A stretch of DNA of 64,000 nt from Candidatus Babeliales bacterium. GTDB taxonomy: Bacteria > Babelota > Babeliae > Babelales > Vermiphilaceae. A program made the position numbers and the translations under genes. The notes beneath the pieces are model-generated. The model had not been told where the DNA came from, searched no databases, and saw only the letters and a program-made list of their open reading frames with translations. Shown here piece after piece: positions 51,361 to 60,670 of this stretch (its first letter is position 1; each line of letters opens with the position of its first letter). The stretch is taken from NCBI GenBank assembly GCA_963743635.1, contig CAVUQO010000002.1, forward strand, positions 384,001 to 448,000, given 5' to 3'.

Positions 51361-52770
51361 ATGATGATAAGAAAGAATGTGTGTAAGAATGTTATCATGA
51401 TGCTATTGCTCATGATGCAGAGCGCCTTTGGCATAGAGCCCAATACCGTCATTGGATGTGTAACGCCTCCTGACTATCCTGGGTGTTCGTTTGCAGGTCC
51501 TGCTGCTATTGCAATAACGCCCGATGGAAAAACGGCATATGTATGCAATCTGGGCGGTTCAGTGAGTGTTATCGATGTTGAGAGTAACACCGTCATTGAA
51601 TGTGTTACGCAGTATTCTGGATGTCCGTTCAGCGTGCCTGTGGCTATTGCAATAACGCCCGATGGAAAAACGGCATATGTATGCAATGAGGGCGGTTTAG
51701 TGAGTGTTATCGATGTTGAGAGTAACACCGTCATTGAATGTGTTACGCCTCCTGACTATCCTGGATGTCCGTTCGTAGCTCCTAAGGCTATTGCAATAAC
51801 GCCCGATGGCAAAACGGCATATGTATGCAATATTATCGGTACAGTGAGTGTTATCGATGTTGAGAGTAACAGCGTCATTGAATGTGTTACGCCTCCTGAC
51901 TATCCTGGATGTCCGTTTTCATCTCTTTGGGCTATTGCAATAACGCCCGATGGCAAAACGGCATATGTAATCAATCAAGGCTCCCCGAGCACAGTGAGTG
52001 TTATCGATGTTGCGAGTAATACTGTCATTGGGTGTGTGGGGAATACCTTTGAGTATTGTGGATTCCATTCGCCTTATGCTATTGCCATAACGCCAGATGG
52101 CACAACGGCATATGTATGTAATAGTGGGGGCGGTATCAACAACACCGGTTCAGTGAGTATTATCGATCTTAAGACTAATGCCGTCATTGGGTGCGTGGGA
52201 GATACCTTTGAGTATTGTGGATTCAATGCGCCTTATGCTATTGCCATAACGCCAGATGGCACAACGGCATATGTATGTAATAGTGGCTCCCCGAGCACAG
52301 TGAGTATTATCGATCTTAAGACTAATACCGTCATTGGATGTGTGGGAAATACCAATGAGTATTGTGGGTTCAATAATCCTCAGGCGATTGCAATAACGCC
52401 GGATGGCACAAAGGCATATGTAGGCAATGCTGGGGACAATTCAGTAAGTATTATTTTCATTAAAGCACCCATACAGCCTCCTGCAACAGTAAGCGGCTGC
52501 AAAATGAGAAATAGATTCTTGCTACAGACCGATTACATCAACAATATCACCTGGACAGCGCCAACAAGTGGAAACGTGCCAGTGGCGTATGCCATCTACC
52601 GCGATCCCGCATTGACGCAATTGGTGGCTACCGTTCCCGCGAGTAGTGCATTACAATATTATGATCACAACCGAGATCCACGAGATGTGTACAGTTATTA
52701 CATCGTGTCAGTGGATGGTAATGGCAACGTCTCAACGGCCAATAGCGTCACGGTGACGAACTATTGCTAA
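51361..52770 (+). CDS. Secreted YncE/YVTN beta-propeller protein with C-terminal FN3-like domain
   Basis: Seven AIAITPDG.TAYV.N...VSVID repeats; signal peptide. Confidence 0.9.
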   Translation: MMIRKNVCKNVIMMLLLMMQSAFGIEPNTVIGCVTPPDYPGCSFAGPAAIAITPDGKTAYVCNLGGSVSVIDVESNTVIECVTQYSGCPFSVPVAIAITPDGKTAYVCNEGGLVSVIDVESNTVIECVTPPDYPGCPFVAPKAIAITPDGKTAYVCNIIGTVSVIDVESNSVIECVTPPDYPGCPFSSLWAIAITPDGKTAYVINQGSPSTVSVIDVASNTVIGCVGNTFEYCGFHSPYAIAITPDGTTAYVCNSGGGINNTGSVSIIDLKTNAVIGCVGDTFEYCGFNAPYAIAITPDGTTAYVCNSGSPSTVSIIDLKTNTVIGCVGNTNEYCGFNNPQAIAITPDGTKAYVGNAGDNSVSIIFIKAPIQPPATVSGCKMRNRFLLQTDYINNITWTAPTSGNVPVAYAIYRDPALTQLVATVPASSALQYYDHNRDPRDVYSYYIVSVDGNGNVSTANSVTVTNYC

Positions 52771-53026
52771 TCTGTCGATCCTTCGACCATTCGACAGGCT
52801 CATGGCTCCCAGCCGTCGCATAAAGCTATGGCGGGCAGGCAGAATGAGCGGCACGTGATGACTTATTAGAAAAACGAGCAGATGTAACAGTCCGCTCATC
52901 TTCGCTTTGATCACGGCATGCATTAGAAATAATTTATTAGATCGAGTTCGTTCACTTTGTACTTGACTATGCTTTTAGGATTGTTATAGAACATAACTAT
53001 GTTCAACAATCATAACCGGAGAGTAT

Positions 53027-54769
53027 ATGATGATAAGAAAGAATGTGTGTAAGAATGTTATCATGACGCTATTGCTCATGATGCAGAGTGCCTATAGTGT
53101 CAATCCACCACCAAACACGGTCGTCGGGTGTGTATCGGAAGGTGCCTATACTGATTATTGTGGGTTCAACACTCCTGCGGCTATTGCAATAACGGGTACA
53201 ACGGCATATGTAGTCAATACTGGCAATAGCATTTCCGATTTGGGTTCAGTGAGTATTGTTGATACTACGAATAATAGCGTCATTGGGTGTGTAACGAATG
53301 ATATTCCTCCTACTTCTAGTGGTGGTTTCAACTTTCCTGTGGCTATTGCAATAACGGGCACAAAGGCATATGTAGCGAATACTGGCAACAACTCTATAAG
53401 TGTTATCGATCTTACGACTAATACGGTTACGGGCTATGTCCTGCATTATAATTATCCTGATTGCGCGATCAGTACTCCTGCAGCTATTGCAATAAACGGC
53501 TCAACGGCATATGTATGTAATCGTACCGGCGGCTCTGGCCAAGGTTCGGTGAGTGTTATCCATGTTGCGAGTAATACGATCATTGACTGTGTGGATGATA
53601 CTTATTGTCCTTTCGATGCTCCTTCGGCTATTGCAATAAGGGGCACAACGGCATATGTATGTAATGCCAACACGGTGAGTGTTATCGATCTTGTGAATAA
53701 TAAGGTCACTCAGTGTGTATCGGAAGGTGCCTATGCATACTATTGTGGGTTAGATGGTGCTAATGCTATTGCAATAACGGGCGCAACGGCATATGTATGT
53801 ACTGAAGGCGCTAGCGTGAGTGTTATCGATCTTGATAGTAATACGATTATTGGATGTGTAACGAATGATAATCCTGCGTGTGGGTTCTCATTTCCTAGCG
53901 CTATTGCAATAACGCCAGATGGCACAACGGCATATGTATCTAATTATAGTGGCAACACAGTGACTATTATCGATCTTATGAATAATACCATCATTGGCTG
54001 TGTCGCCCCTACGGACTATCCTGGTTGTGGGTTCAATCAGCCTAATGCTATTGCAATAACGTCAAGTGGCACAACGGCATATGTATCTAATCGTCTCGGC
54101 AATTCAGTGAGTGTCATTGAGTATGCACCCCTCCCGCCAGCGCCGGCGCCAACAAACGGAACGGGTTGCATTGGAAACTTTACTGGCGATATTGAACTCT
54201 CTTGGCACGCTCCCGCGAGTGGACAACCATTGGGCTATGCAATTTTTGATAATTCGTTATTATCAGGTGAGCCAATTGCTACTACTGCGAGTAATGTCTT
54301 CACCGCCACCATCGCTTCCCCAACAACTAACACCTATTATGTTGTAGCGTTTTATGCAGATGGAGCACTGTCTAGTGCCCTTGTTATTACCGCAAGCAAT
54401 TATTGTCATATCCCACCGCACCCAAGCAATTTCCCTCCTGCAACGGTGAATGGCTGCAAAATGAAAAACAAATTCTTGCTGCAGACCGATTACATTAACA
54501 AGATCACTTGGACGCCACCAGCAAGTGGCCCGGCACCAGCTGCATATAGGGTTTATCAGGATAATAATGTCATAATTACTCCCTCATCGAACCCAGAGGA
54601 AATACTGAGCACAGCACTCTTGTTGGCAACAATTCCGGCCAATGCTCCATTACAATATTACCATCACGATACAAATCCAAGCGTGGTATACACTTATTTC
54701 ATCGTGCCAATTGATAGTGCGGGTGAGATCACCGGATACAATAGTATCATTGTGACGGATTGGTGTTAA
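53027..54769 (+). CDS. Secreted YncE/YVTN beta-propeller protein with two FN3-like domains
   Basis: Seven AIAI..TAYV repeats; same leader as 51361; shared C-terminal domain. Confidence 0.9.
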   Translation: MMIRKNVCKNVIMTLLLMMQSAYSVNPPPNTVVGCVSEGAYTDYCGFNTPAAIAITGTTAYVVNTGNSISDLGSVSIVDTTNNSVIGCVTNDIPPTSSGGFNFPVAIAITGTKAYVANTGNNSISVIDLTTNTVTGYVLHYNYPDCAISTPAAIAINGSTAYVCNRTGGSGQGSVSVIHVASNTIIDCVDDTYCPFDAPSAIAIRGTTAYVCNANTVSVIDLVNNKVTQCVSEGAYAYYCGLDGANAIAITGATAYVCTEGASVSVIDLDSNTIIGCVTNDNPACGFSFPSAIAITPDGTTAYVSNYSGNTVTIIDLMNNTIIGCVAPTDYPGCGFNQPNAIAITSSGTTAYVSNRLGNSVSVIEYAPLPPAPAPTNGTGCIGNFTGDIELSWHAPASGQPLGYAIFDNSLLSGEPIATTASNVFTATIASPTTNTYYVVAFYADGALSSALVITASNYCHIPPHPSNFPPATVNGCKMKNKFLLQTDYINKITWTPPASGPAPAAYRVYQDNNVIITPSSNPEEILSTALLLATIPANAPLQYYHHDTNPSVVYTYFIVPIDSAGEITGYNSIIVTDWC

Positions 54770-54973
54770 TACTATCTCCATAAAACAAACATGACAGATA
54801 AAAAACGAGCGGATGTAACAGTCCGCTCGTTCTATTACATTCGAACTGCGCACTCACGCTATTTTGCGCAGGCGTTGAGCTTTATGCATGATTTGCAATA
54901 TCCATGTACATTAAGACGCAAAAAAGCCTCGAGTTTTACGCCCGAGGCTTTCCTATATTGAATGTTGTTCTTG

Positions 54974-55504
54974 CTACTTTCTAGCGGCAGCCTTTTGGCA
55001 ATCGCCAAACACCGTAATTAACGTATGCATGATTGGCTCTTGAAGAATAATCTGATCTTGAAAGTTTCGTTTGTCCGATCGTACCATTCTTTTAACATCG
55101 CTAATAGATCCGTCTTGGTCTGCTACAGTATGCAAGCCATCAACAAACTTTTTTTCTTTAAGCCAAGGTGCGTCAACGATGAGTGGATGATTATTAAGGC
55201 AGGTATGCATATCGGAAGATAATGGCGCTCGCTCATCCGCATACGGCGAATGATACCCAATCGCATTTCTGGTCAAGCTTATTGCCAACTGATTGCCAGT
55301 GCAATAGGCACCTGTTAACATGCTATCGAGTTTTCTCTCAAGCTCCCATGGCTGATACTGCGGTATCTTACTTAATTTGTATTCCTTTTGGAGATAGGTA
55401 TAGATCTTGGATAAGATTGTTACCGAAATGATTCCCGGAAACGCGTTAAGTGCCCCAGAGAAAGGCATGGATAAAACAGCTATAGATAGATATTTCTTTA
55501 ACAT
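54974..55504 (-). CDS. Secreted hypothetical protein
   Basis: Signal ends ALNA|F; GGAG RBS. Confidence 0.65.
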   Translation of the reverse strand: MLKKYLSIAVLSMPFSGALNAFPGIISVTILSKIYTYLQKEYKLSKIPQYQPWELERKLDSMLTGAYCTGNQLAISLTRNAIGYHSPYADERAPLSSDMHTCLNNHPLIVDAPWLKEKKFVDGLHTVADQDGSISDVKRMVRSDKRNFQDQIILQEPIMHTLITVFGDCQKAAARK

Positions 55505-55714
55505 TACTACTCCAGTAGGTTAAGGTTTTATACATATTTATATCTATAATACCAGAATTGGGGCTCTTTTTGAAATGCCCCATCCTAGAGCGCGGAATGG
55601 GATGTTTATGAGCTGGGATCGTTGAAAAATAGGAACTTTTAGCCAAAATAGTTGGCTCGGTATGATTTTTCCATGTAATCTCGGAATGCCGATCCGAATT
55701 TTCATGGAGAATTG

Positions 55715-56166
55715 ATGAAAAGAACTATTTATCTAGAACAAATAAAAAGGCACCTTCGGGTGCAGCCAATCTGTGCGATTTTAGGGGCAAGGCAGGTTGG
55801 AAAGATTACCATGGCCCGCCAATTTGCCGCTGAACATCCCCAAAAGGTCGAATTCTTTGACCTAGAAAACCCAATCCATTTGGCCAGCTTGGAAACTCCG
55901 ATGCTTACCTTAAGTAAATATGCGGACTACCTCGTGATTATAGATGAGATCCAGCGAAGACCAGATCTCTTTCCTATTTTACGGGTTTTAGTCGATGATC
56001 CTGATAAAAAATATACTTTTTTGATTCTTGGCAGTGCATCGCGCGATCTTATGAGGACTTGCAGCTCGATCATCTTTATATCATTTTTCCCGGCGCACTG
56101 AGTTTTGCCATGAATGAGAAAATTACCGCGTGCGGGCTTGATGTATTGAGGGACCTTGAGGTTTGA
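55715..56166 (+). pseudogene. AAA_14/DUF4143 ATPase with large internal deletion
   Basis: N-terminus GARQVGK, IIDEIQR, LGSASRDL joined out of frame to a family-like C-terminus YEDLQLDHLYIIFPG...EKITACGL. Confidence 0.75.
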
Positions 56167-56577
56167 ATAAGGATCGTGTTTACTCTTTCCAATTCTTATT
56201 AATTAAGGAGCGGTATGTTAGTTGCAAAAAACAAGGTTATGATTGCGGTCGGTTGCGTGTTTTTGAGTGTGAATATATACGCCATGGATATTACCCAACG
56301 CTTAAGAAATTCACTCGTTACACATTATACGTGAGATCATGCATCAATCGACGCGATTGTAGCGAAATTAAAACCGTTCATTGAGAATTATAAACATCAT
56401 GCGCTGCTGGAAAGTTTTATCGATCTCTCGGCGCAATATTCTAAAAGCAGTTTCTTGCGCTTTGAAATGAAGCGATAATCATAAACCTTCTTACGCTTTT
56501 CATTGCCGGAAAGCGATGTTATTAGTATAGTAGCACCTGTATTTTTTCAAAACATATGTATTAGGGGAACTAATTCT

Positions 56578-57015
56578 ATGAATAAACAGTTGTTAATCGG
56601 TAGTTTGATGCTTTTGCCAGCAGGGCTTAACGCAATGTGGACGCCTTATCACAACCCAGGCACCGTCGAAAGCATGAGAGCCATTGTAGATAAACAGGTT
56701 GCAGATGCAAGATTCCACGCGGAAATGATGGCTCGCCAAATTCATGCTCAAAAGCAGATGACGTTAGAAATCGCAGCGGAACAGCAGGCTGCTCAAGCTG
56801 CCCAAACAGTTGCGCCACATGCTACAGCACAATCAATTGCGCCTACGCAATCAGCAGAGTCTATTGCAGCTGCGGAAGCCCTGTCGAAAGCAATGAACGA
56901 GCGCAGACTTGCTATACAAAGTGGGCAATACGTTTTACCAAAAGATGATCTCACTCCAGAGCAAATGGAGGCGCGAGATATAGCCCATGGATATGGTTAT
57001 TGTTATCAAAAATAG
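56578..57015 (+). CDS. Secreted small protein, leader-array member 1
   Basis: LLPAGLNA|MWT. Confidence 0.8.
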   Translation: MNKQLLIGSLMLLPAGLNAMWTPYHNPGTVESMRAIVDKQVADARFHAEMMARQIHAQKQMTLEIAAEQQAAQAAQTVAPHATAQSIAPTQSAESIAAAEALSKAMNERRLAIQSGQYVLPKDDLTPEQMEARDIAHGYGYCYQK

Positions 57016-57042
57016 TGGGTAATGAAATACAAGGAAACGAAT

Positions 57043-57612
57043 ATGAAAAGATTAATGATCGCATTAGCATTGTTGCCAGCAGGGCTTAACGCAATGTGGA
57101 CGCCTTATCACAACCCAGGCACCGTCGAAAGCATGAGAGCCATTGTAGATAAACAGGTTGCAGATGCAAGATTCCACGCGGAAATGATGGCTCGCCAAAT
57201 TCATGCTCAAAAGCAGATGACGTTAGAAATCGCAGCGGAGCAGCAAGCAGCTCAACCAGCGCCAGCGCAACCGGAACCAGCGGCAGAGGCTCCTTATTCT
57301 GTTGAGCATTTAGAGGGTGGTCCTATATCGCAAGTAAGATATTACAGTGATCGCCATGAAGTCCAGATGAGGGATGGAACTATACGCACAGCTTACAATG
57401 ATATGAGCCGCCATGGTGCTCCTGTTCGTGTTGTGAAAAATCCTCCACATGATCCAGGTGCAATAAAAGCTGCTATTATTCAAGGAATCGGTCTGAATCC
57501 TGAAACAGAAACCAAATACTACGCAGATGGGACCGTTGAACACTGTTTTGATGGCACAAAAGAAATAAGATATTATGCAGACGGACGCTCTGAAACAATA
57601 TCAAGAAAATAA
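57043..57612 (+). CDS. Secreted small protein, leader-array member 2
   Basis: Shares 167 bp with member 1; C-terminal YYADG repeats. Confidence 0.8.
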   Translation: MKRLMIALALLPAGLNAMWTPYHNPGTVESMRAIVDKQVADARFHAEMMARQIHAQKQMTLEIAAEQQAAQPAPAQPEPAAEAPYSVEHLEGGPISQVRYYSDRHEVQMRDGTIRTAYNDMSRHGAPVRVVKNPPHDPGAIKAAIIQGIGLNPETETKYYADGTVEHCFDGTKEIRYYADGRSETISRK

Positions 57613-57635
57613 CTTCACAAGAAAGAAAAACGAAT

Positions 57636-57869
57636 ATGAAAAGATTATTGATCGCGTTGGTATTGTTGCCAGCAGCTCTTCGTGCGATGGATTATTCGGA
57701 TAAGAAGGCTTTGAATAAAGCGGTGCAGCAATGTAATCCAGGCAGCCAGAAACAAGCAGAAGAATGGAGCAGGCTTGCTATAGAAAGAGCGGCTGCACAC
57801 AAGCAACAAATGGAACAGCGCCAAAGACAAATTGAGCAAGAAAAGTATAGACACGGCATGAATCAATAA
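57636..57869 (+). CDS. Secreted small protein, leader-array member 3
   Basis: MKRLLIALVLLPAALRA|MDY. Confidence 0.75.
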   Translation: MKRLLIALVLLPAALRAMDYSDKKALNKAVQQCNPGSQKQAEEWSRLAIERAAAHKQQMEQRQRQIEQEKYRHGMNQ

Positions 57870-57919
57870 TTCGCCTACGCTCTGAAGAGCTATGGCGTAA
57901 CCAAAAAGGAAAAATGAAT

Positions 57920-58075
57920 ATGAAAAAGCTATTATTGATTGCGTTGGCATTCTTGCCAGCAGGCCTTAAGGCAATGGGCACTTTATCAGCGGTAGACAAG
58001 GCTATTATAGACCAAGCCAGGAAAGCTCAAGCTCAACCCAAGCCACAACCGCAACAACAACCACCAAAAAAATAA
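57920..58075 (+). CDS. Secreted 51-aa protein, leader-array member 4 (below ORF-track cutoff)
   Basis: MKKLLLIALAFLPAGLKA|MGTLSAVDKAIIDQARKAQAQPKPQPQQQPPKK; AAGGA RBS. Confidence 0.75.
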   Translation: MKKLLLIALAFLPAGLKAMGTLSAVDKAIIDQARKAQAQPKPQPQQQPPKK

Positions 58076-58086
58076 AGGAAACGAAT

Positions 58087-58272
58087 ATGAAGAAACTATT
58101 ATTGATTGCATTGGTATTGTTACCAGCAGGCCTTAAGGCAATGAGCGGTGCCGGGATGGGGCCAGGCGTGCAAGAGCATATACAAGAGCAACTACGAAAA
58201 CAGGCAGAAGCGCAAAGACGGCAGCAAGAAGCATTAAGAAAGCAGCAAGAAGCACAAAAATCCAGGAAATAA
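58087..58272 (+). CDS. Secreted small protein, leader-array member 5
   Basis: MKKLLLIALVLLPAGLKA|MSG. Confidence 0.75.
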   Translation: MKKLLLIALVLLPAGLKAMSGAGMGPGVQEHIQEQLRKQAEAQRRQQEALRKQQEAQKSRK

Positions 58273-58339
58273 GCCATAATTTTGGATGTGAAAGACCCCC
58301 AGTGAGATGTGAATATATATCTTCCTGGGGAGTTTAACT

Positions 58340-58570
58340 TTAACGCGAAATCGATCTAAGCAAGCTAATATTAAATGTCGATTTTATCTTAAAAATAAGC
58401 AAAATTCCCTTCTCCGTTCGCCCTGAGGGTTTTTTATTTCGTGAGAAATAAAAAATGTCTCGAATGGGTAACGGAGTAAGATGATATAGCATTCAATAGT
58501 ATTGGTATGTGAAGTTTATGTATCCCTGTACCCATTCGATACGCTTCGCTACTCAGGGCGAACGGAGAAT
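58340..58570. mobile_element. MITE-like end plus inverted REP pair
   Basis: TTAACGCGAAATCGATCTAAG followed by CCGTTCGCCCTGAG ... CTCAGGGCGAACGG. Confidence 0.65.
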
Positions 58571-58660
58571 GAATACCTCTCTTGAATTATTAAATTTTAG
58601 GGTTGATGAATTTTTGAGTAAGCTCTTAAGTATCTATCATCTTTTATAGAAAGGAACGGT

Positions 58661-59101
58661 ATGCATTATAAAAATATAGCATTCATAGTGCTTTTGGTGC
58701 CTTATGCGGTGTATGGTAATAATACTGACGCTGAAACAAAAATTCAGGAACTGAGAGCATTCAGACATGAAAAGACGTTAGAACTTGCGGATCTTGGGAA
58801 GGCAATCGCTGAAATAAAGGTTTTAGTGAAGAAACTTTATAAAGATTTTTATGAGAATGCTACTCAAAAAGATAAAGATGCTGCAGGAGAATTTTCGAAT
58901 AAAGTACAAGCGGCACTGGTTGAGCAGCAAAATATCGCACAGGTGATTAACCAAGAGTTTGTTGATGGGCTTGATGATTGGAAAATATTTGTGATCAGAG
59001 TTATCGCCGAGAAATTATATGTAGAAAATTTGATTGCTCAATACGCAGAATCTTTCCAGGCCATAATCGATAGTGATAAAGCGCTATTGGAGCTTCAGTA
59101 A
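58661..59101 (+). CDS. Secreted coiled-coil hypothetical protein
   Basis: Signal peptide; AAGGA RBS. Confidence 0.7.
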   Translation: MHYKNIAFIVLLVPYAVYGNNTDAETKIQELRAFRHEKTLELADLGKAIAEIKVLVKKLYKDFYENATQKDKDAAGEFSNKVQAALVEQQNIAQVINQEFVDGLDDWKIFVIRVIAEKLYVENLIAQYAESFQAIIDSDKALLELQ

Positions 59102-59323
59102 TAAGCTTCGGCCTATATTAGAATAACCCCCAGTGAGATATGAATATGTATTTCACTGGGGGTTGTTATTTACGTTACGAATTTCAGACAGGTTCAAAGG
59201 AGGTTGGGCGGATGTCCAGCTTCCATTTTGGATAAAATGCCTTTACACTAAACATATATTTCCCATGGATTTGCCGGGGCGCGCGTCCCATTCCAGCTAT
59301 AACTTCCCAATTTTAGGATTCTT

Positions 59324-59977
59324 GTGAACAGCACAATGAAGTCTTTTGCTCTCGTGTTTGGCATTTTTCTGCCCTATAGCATGATATCTGCAGTCGTCAG
59401 TCTTGAATGTATCGAGGAAGCGCTGCGGCCGGTAGCGATTTATCGTACGCTCACCAAAGAAACTCAGTTTGATTCGTGTCAGTATACCGAAGAGTTTAAG
59501 ATCAAATTGGAATGTGTTTTTGCAGAAGAATATTATGCCTATGATGCAGAACTTGAGCAGATAATTGACGCATGTATGCGAAAAAAGGATTCAATCTATT
59601 CGCCCGAAGCGCGTGCAGTAGTGCAAGATTGCATAGCGGATCATGGCACGGGGCTGGCGATTATTCCAATCGCGGGCATGGTGCTTTCGGATGATGATGC
59701 TTTTTTTGTGGTGCCTGGTGGAGAGGGTGTTTATTATCTCAGTCTGCCCGTCGTTGAAGTTCTGTTCTTGAACGAGTTTGAAGAAAAGCTGCGCAGCGAT
59801 GAGTTGATGGCAATGGTCTTTTCAGAAGAAGACGTAATACGCTATCATTTATTAGTATCCTTGATTCATAGCGGATTGTGCATCATAGAGGAAATGGAAG
59901 CGGCGACGCCTCAGGTTTGTGCATACAGCTTTGATTCGATCGATGATATTGCTATTTCCTATCACGTTACCAAGTAA
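59324..59977 (+). CDS. Secreted acidic hypothetical protein
   Basis: Signal-peptide-like N-terminus; 217-aa ORF. Confidence 0.65.
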   Translation: MNSTMKSFALVFGIFLPYSMISAVVSLECIEEALRPVAIYRTLTKETQFDSCQYTEEFKIKLECVFAEEYYAYDAELEQIIDACMRKKDSIYSPEARAVVQDCIADHGTGLAIIPIAGMVLSDDDAFFVVPGGEGVYYLSLPVVEVLFLNEFEEKLRSDELMAMVFSEEDVIRYHLLVSLIHSGLCIIEEMEAATPQVCAYSFDSIDDIAISYHVTK

Positions 59978-60120
59978 CAATATTTAATTTTTTTGAGACA
60001 CCGTAAATCATCTTACTCCGCATCCTTCGCCACATTTTTCATGATCACGCTTTGCGTGATATGAAAAACACTCAGGACGCTCGGAGAGGGGGGATTTGTT
60101 GGTAGTCGAGATTATAGGTA

Positions 60121-60420
60121 TTAACGCGAACTCGATGTAAGGAATTGATAGTAAGTGATGTTTTCTCTTATAAAAATAAATAAAAATCCCCTCCCCCGTT
60201 CCGTCTACGTTTATCCGGGCCTTCCGGCTCGGCAAACTACGCCGGACGCAGTCGTCCCGCGTGCCCTGCGTAGCCTTGGCGAAGCATGGGAGTGTTTCTA
60301 TCCTGATCCTGAGCTTTATGCGAAGGAGAAAGGGAGAAATGTGCGAGAGATTGTGGATTAATAATATTCCTTATTTTTTTAAGATGAAAGCCTAATGTGA
60401 TAGGTTTGCTTAGATCGAGT
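60121..60420. mobile_element. MITE-like/nested REP composite
   Basis: Left TTAACGCGAACTCGATGTAAG, right CTTAGATCGAGT; internal block shared with 31034-31134. Confidence 0.65.
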
Positions 60421-60476
60421 GGGTGTACTGATTTACTTTTTGGCGCCTTTGAATAATACTCAAAGGCGTTATTTGT

Positions 60477-60652
60477 TTTTTATTCTAGGTCGCGATAAAC
60501 CACATGCTTTAGCGTGTGGATGAAAGCGAATAGAATAACCCGGCGAAGCAAAATACTTCCTGAGGTATAACTTCGAAGTATTGGCGAAGCCTGGGTATTT
60601 CATTAAGTTCAGCGCGATACAACGAGTTTTAATCCGTTGAGCGCTTTATCAT
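60477..60652 (+). mobile_element. ~170-bp multi-hairpin element, copy 2
   Basis: Inverted near-copy of 38180-38352. Confidence 0.75.
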
Positions 60653-60670
60653 AGATAAGGAGGATCTCCT

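Noticed and set aside
51440..54120. Diversity-generating retroelement acting on propeller repeats
   Set aside because: There is no reverse transcriptase or non-coding template repeat in the window, and differences are not restricted to adenines.
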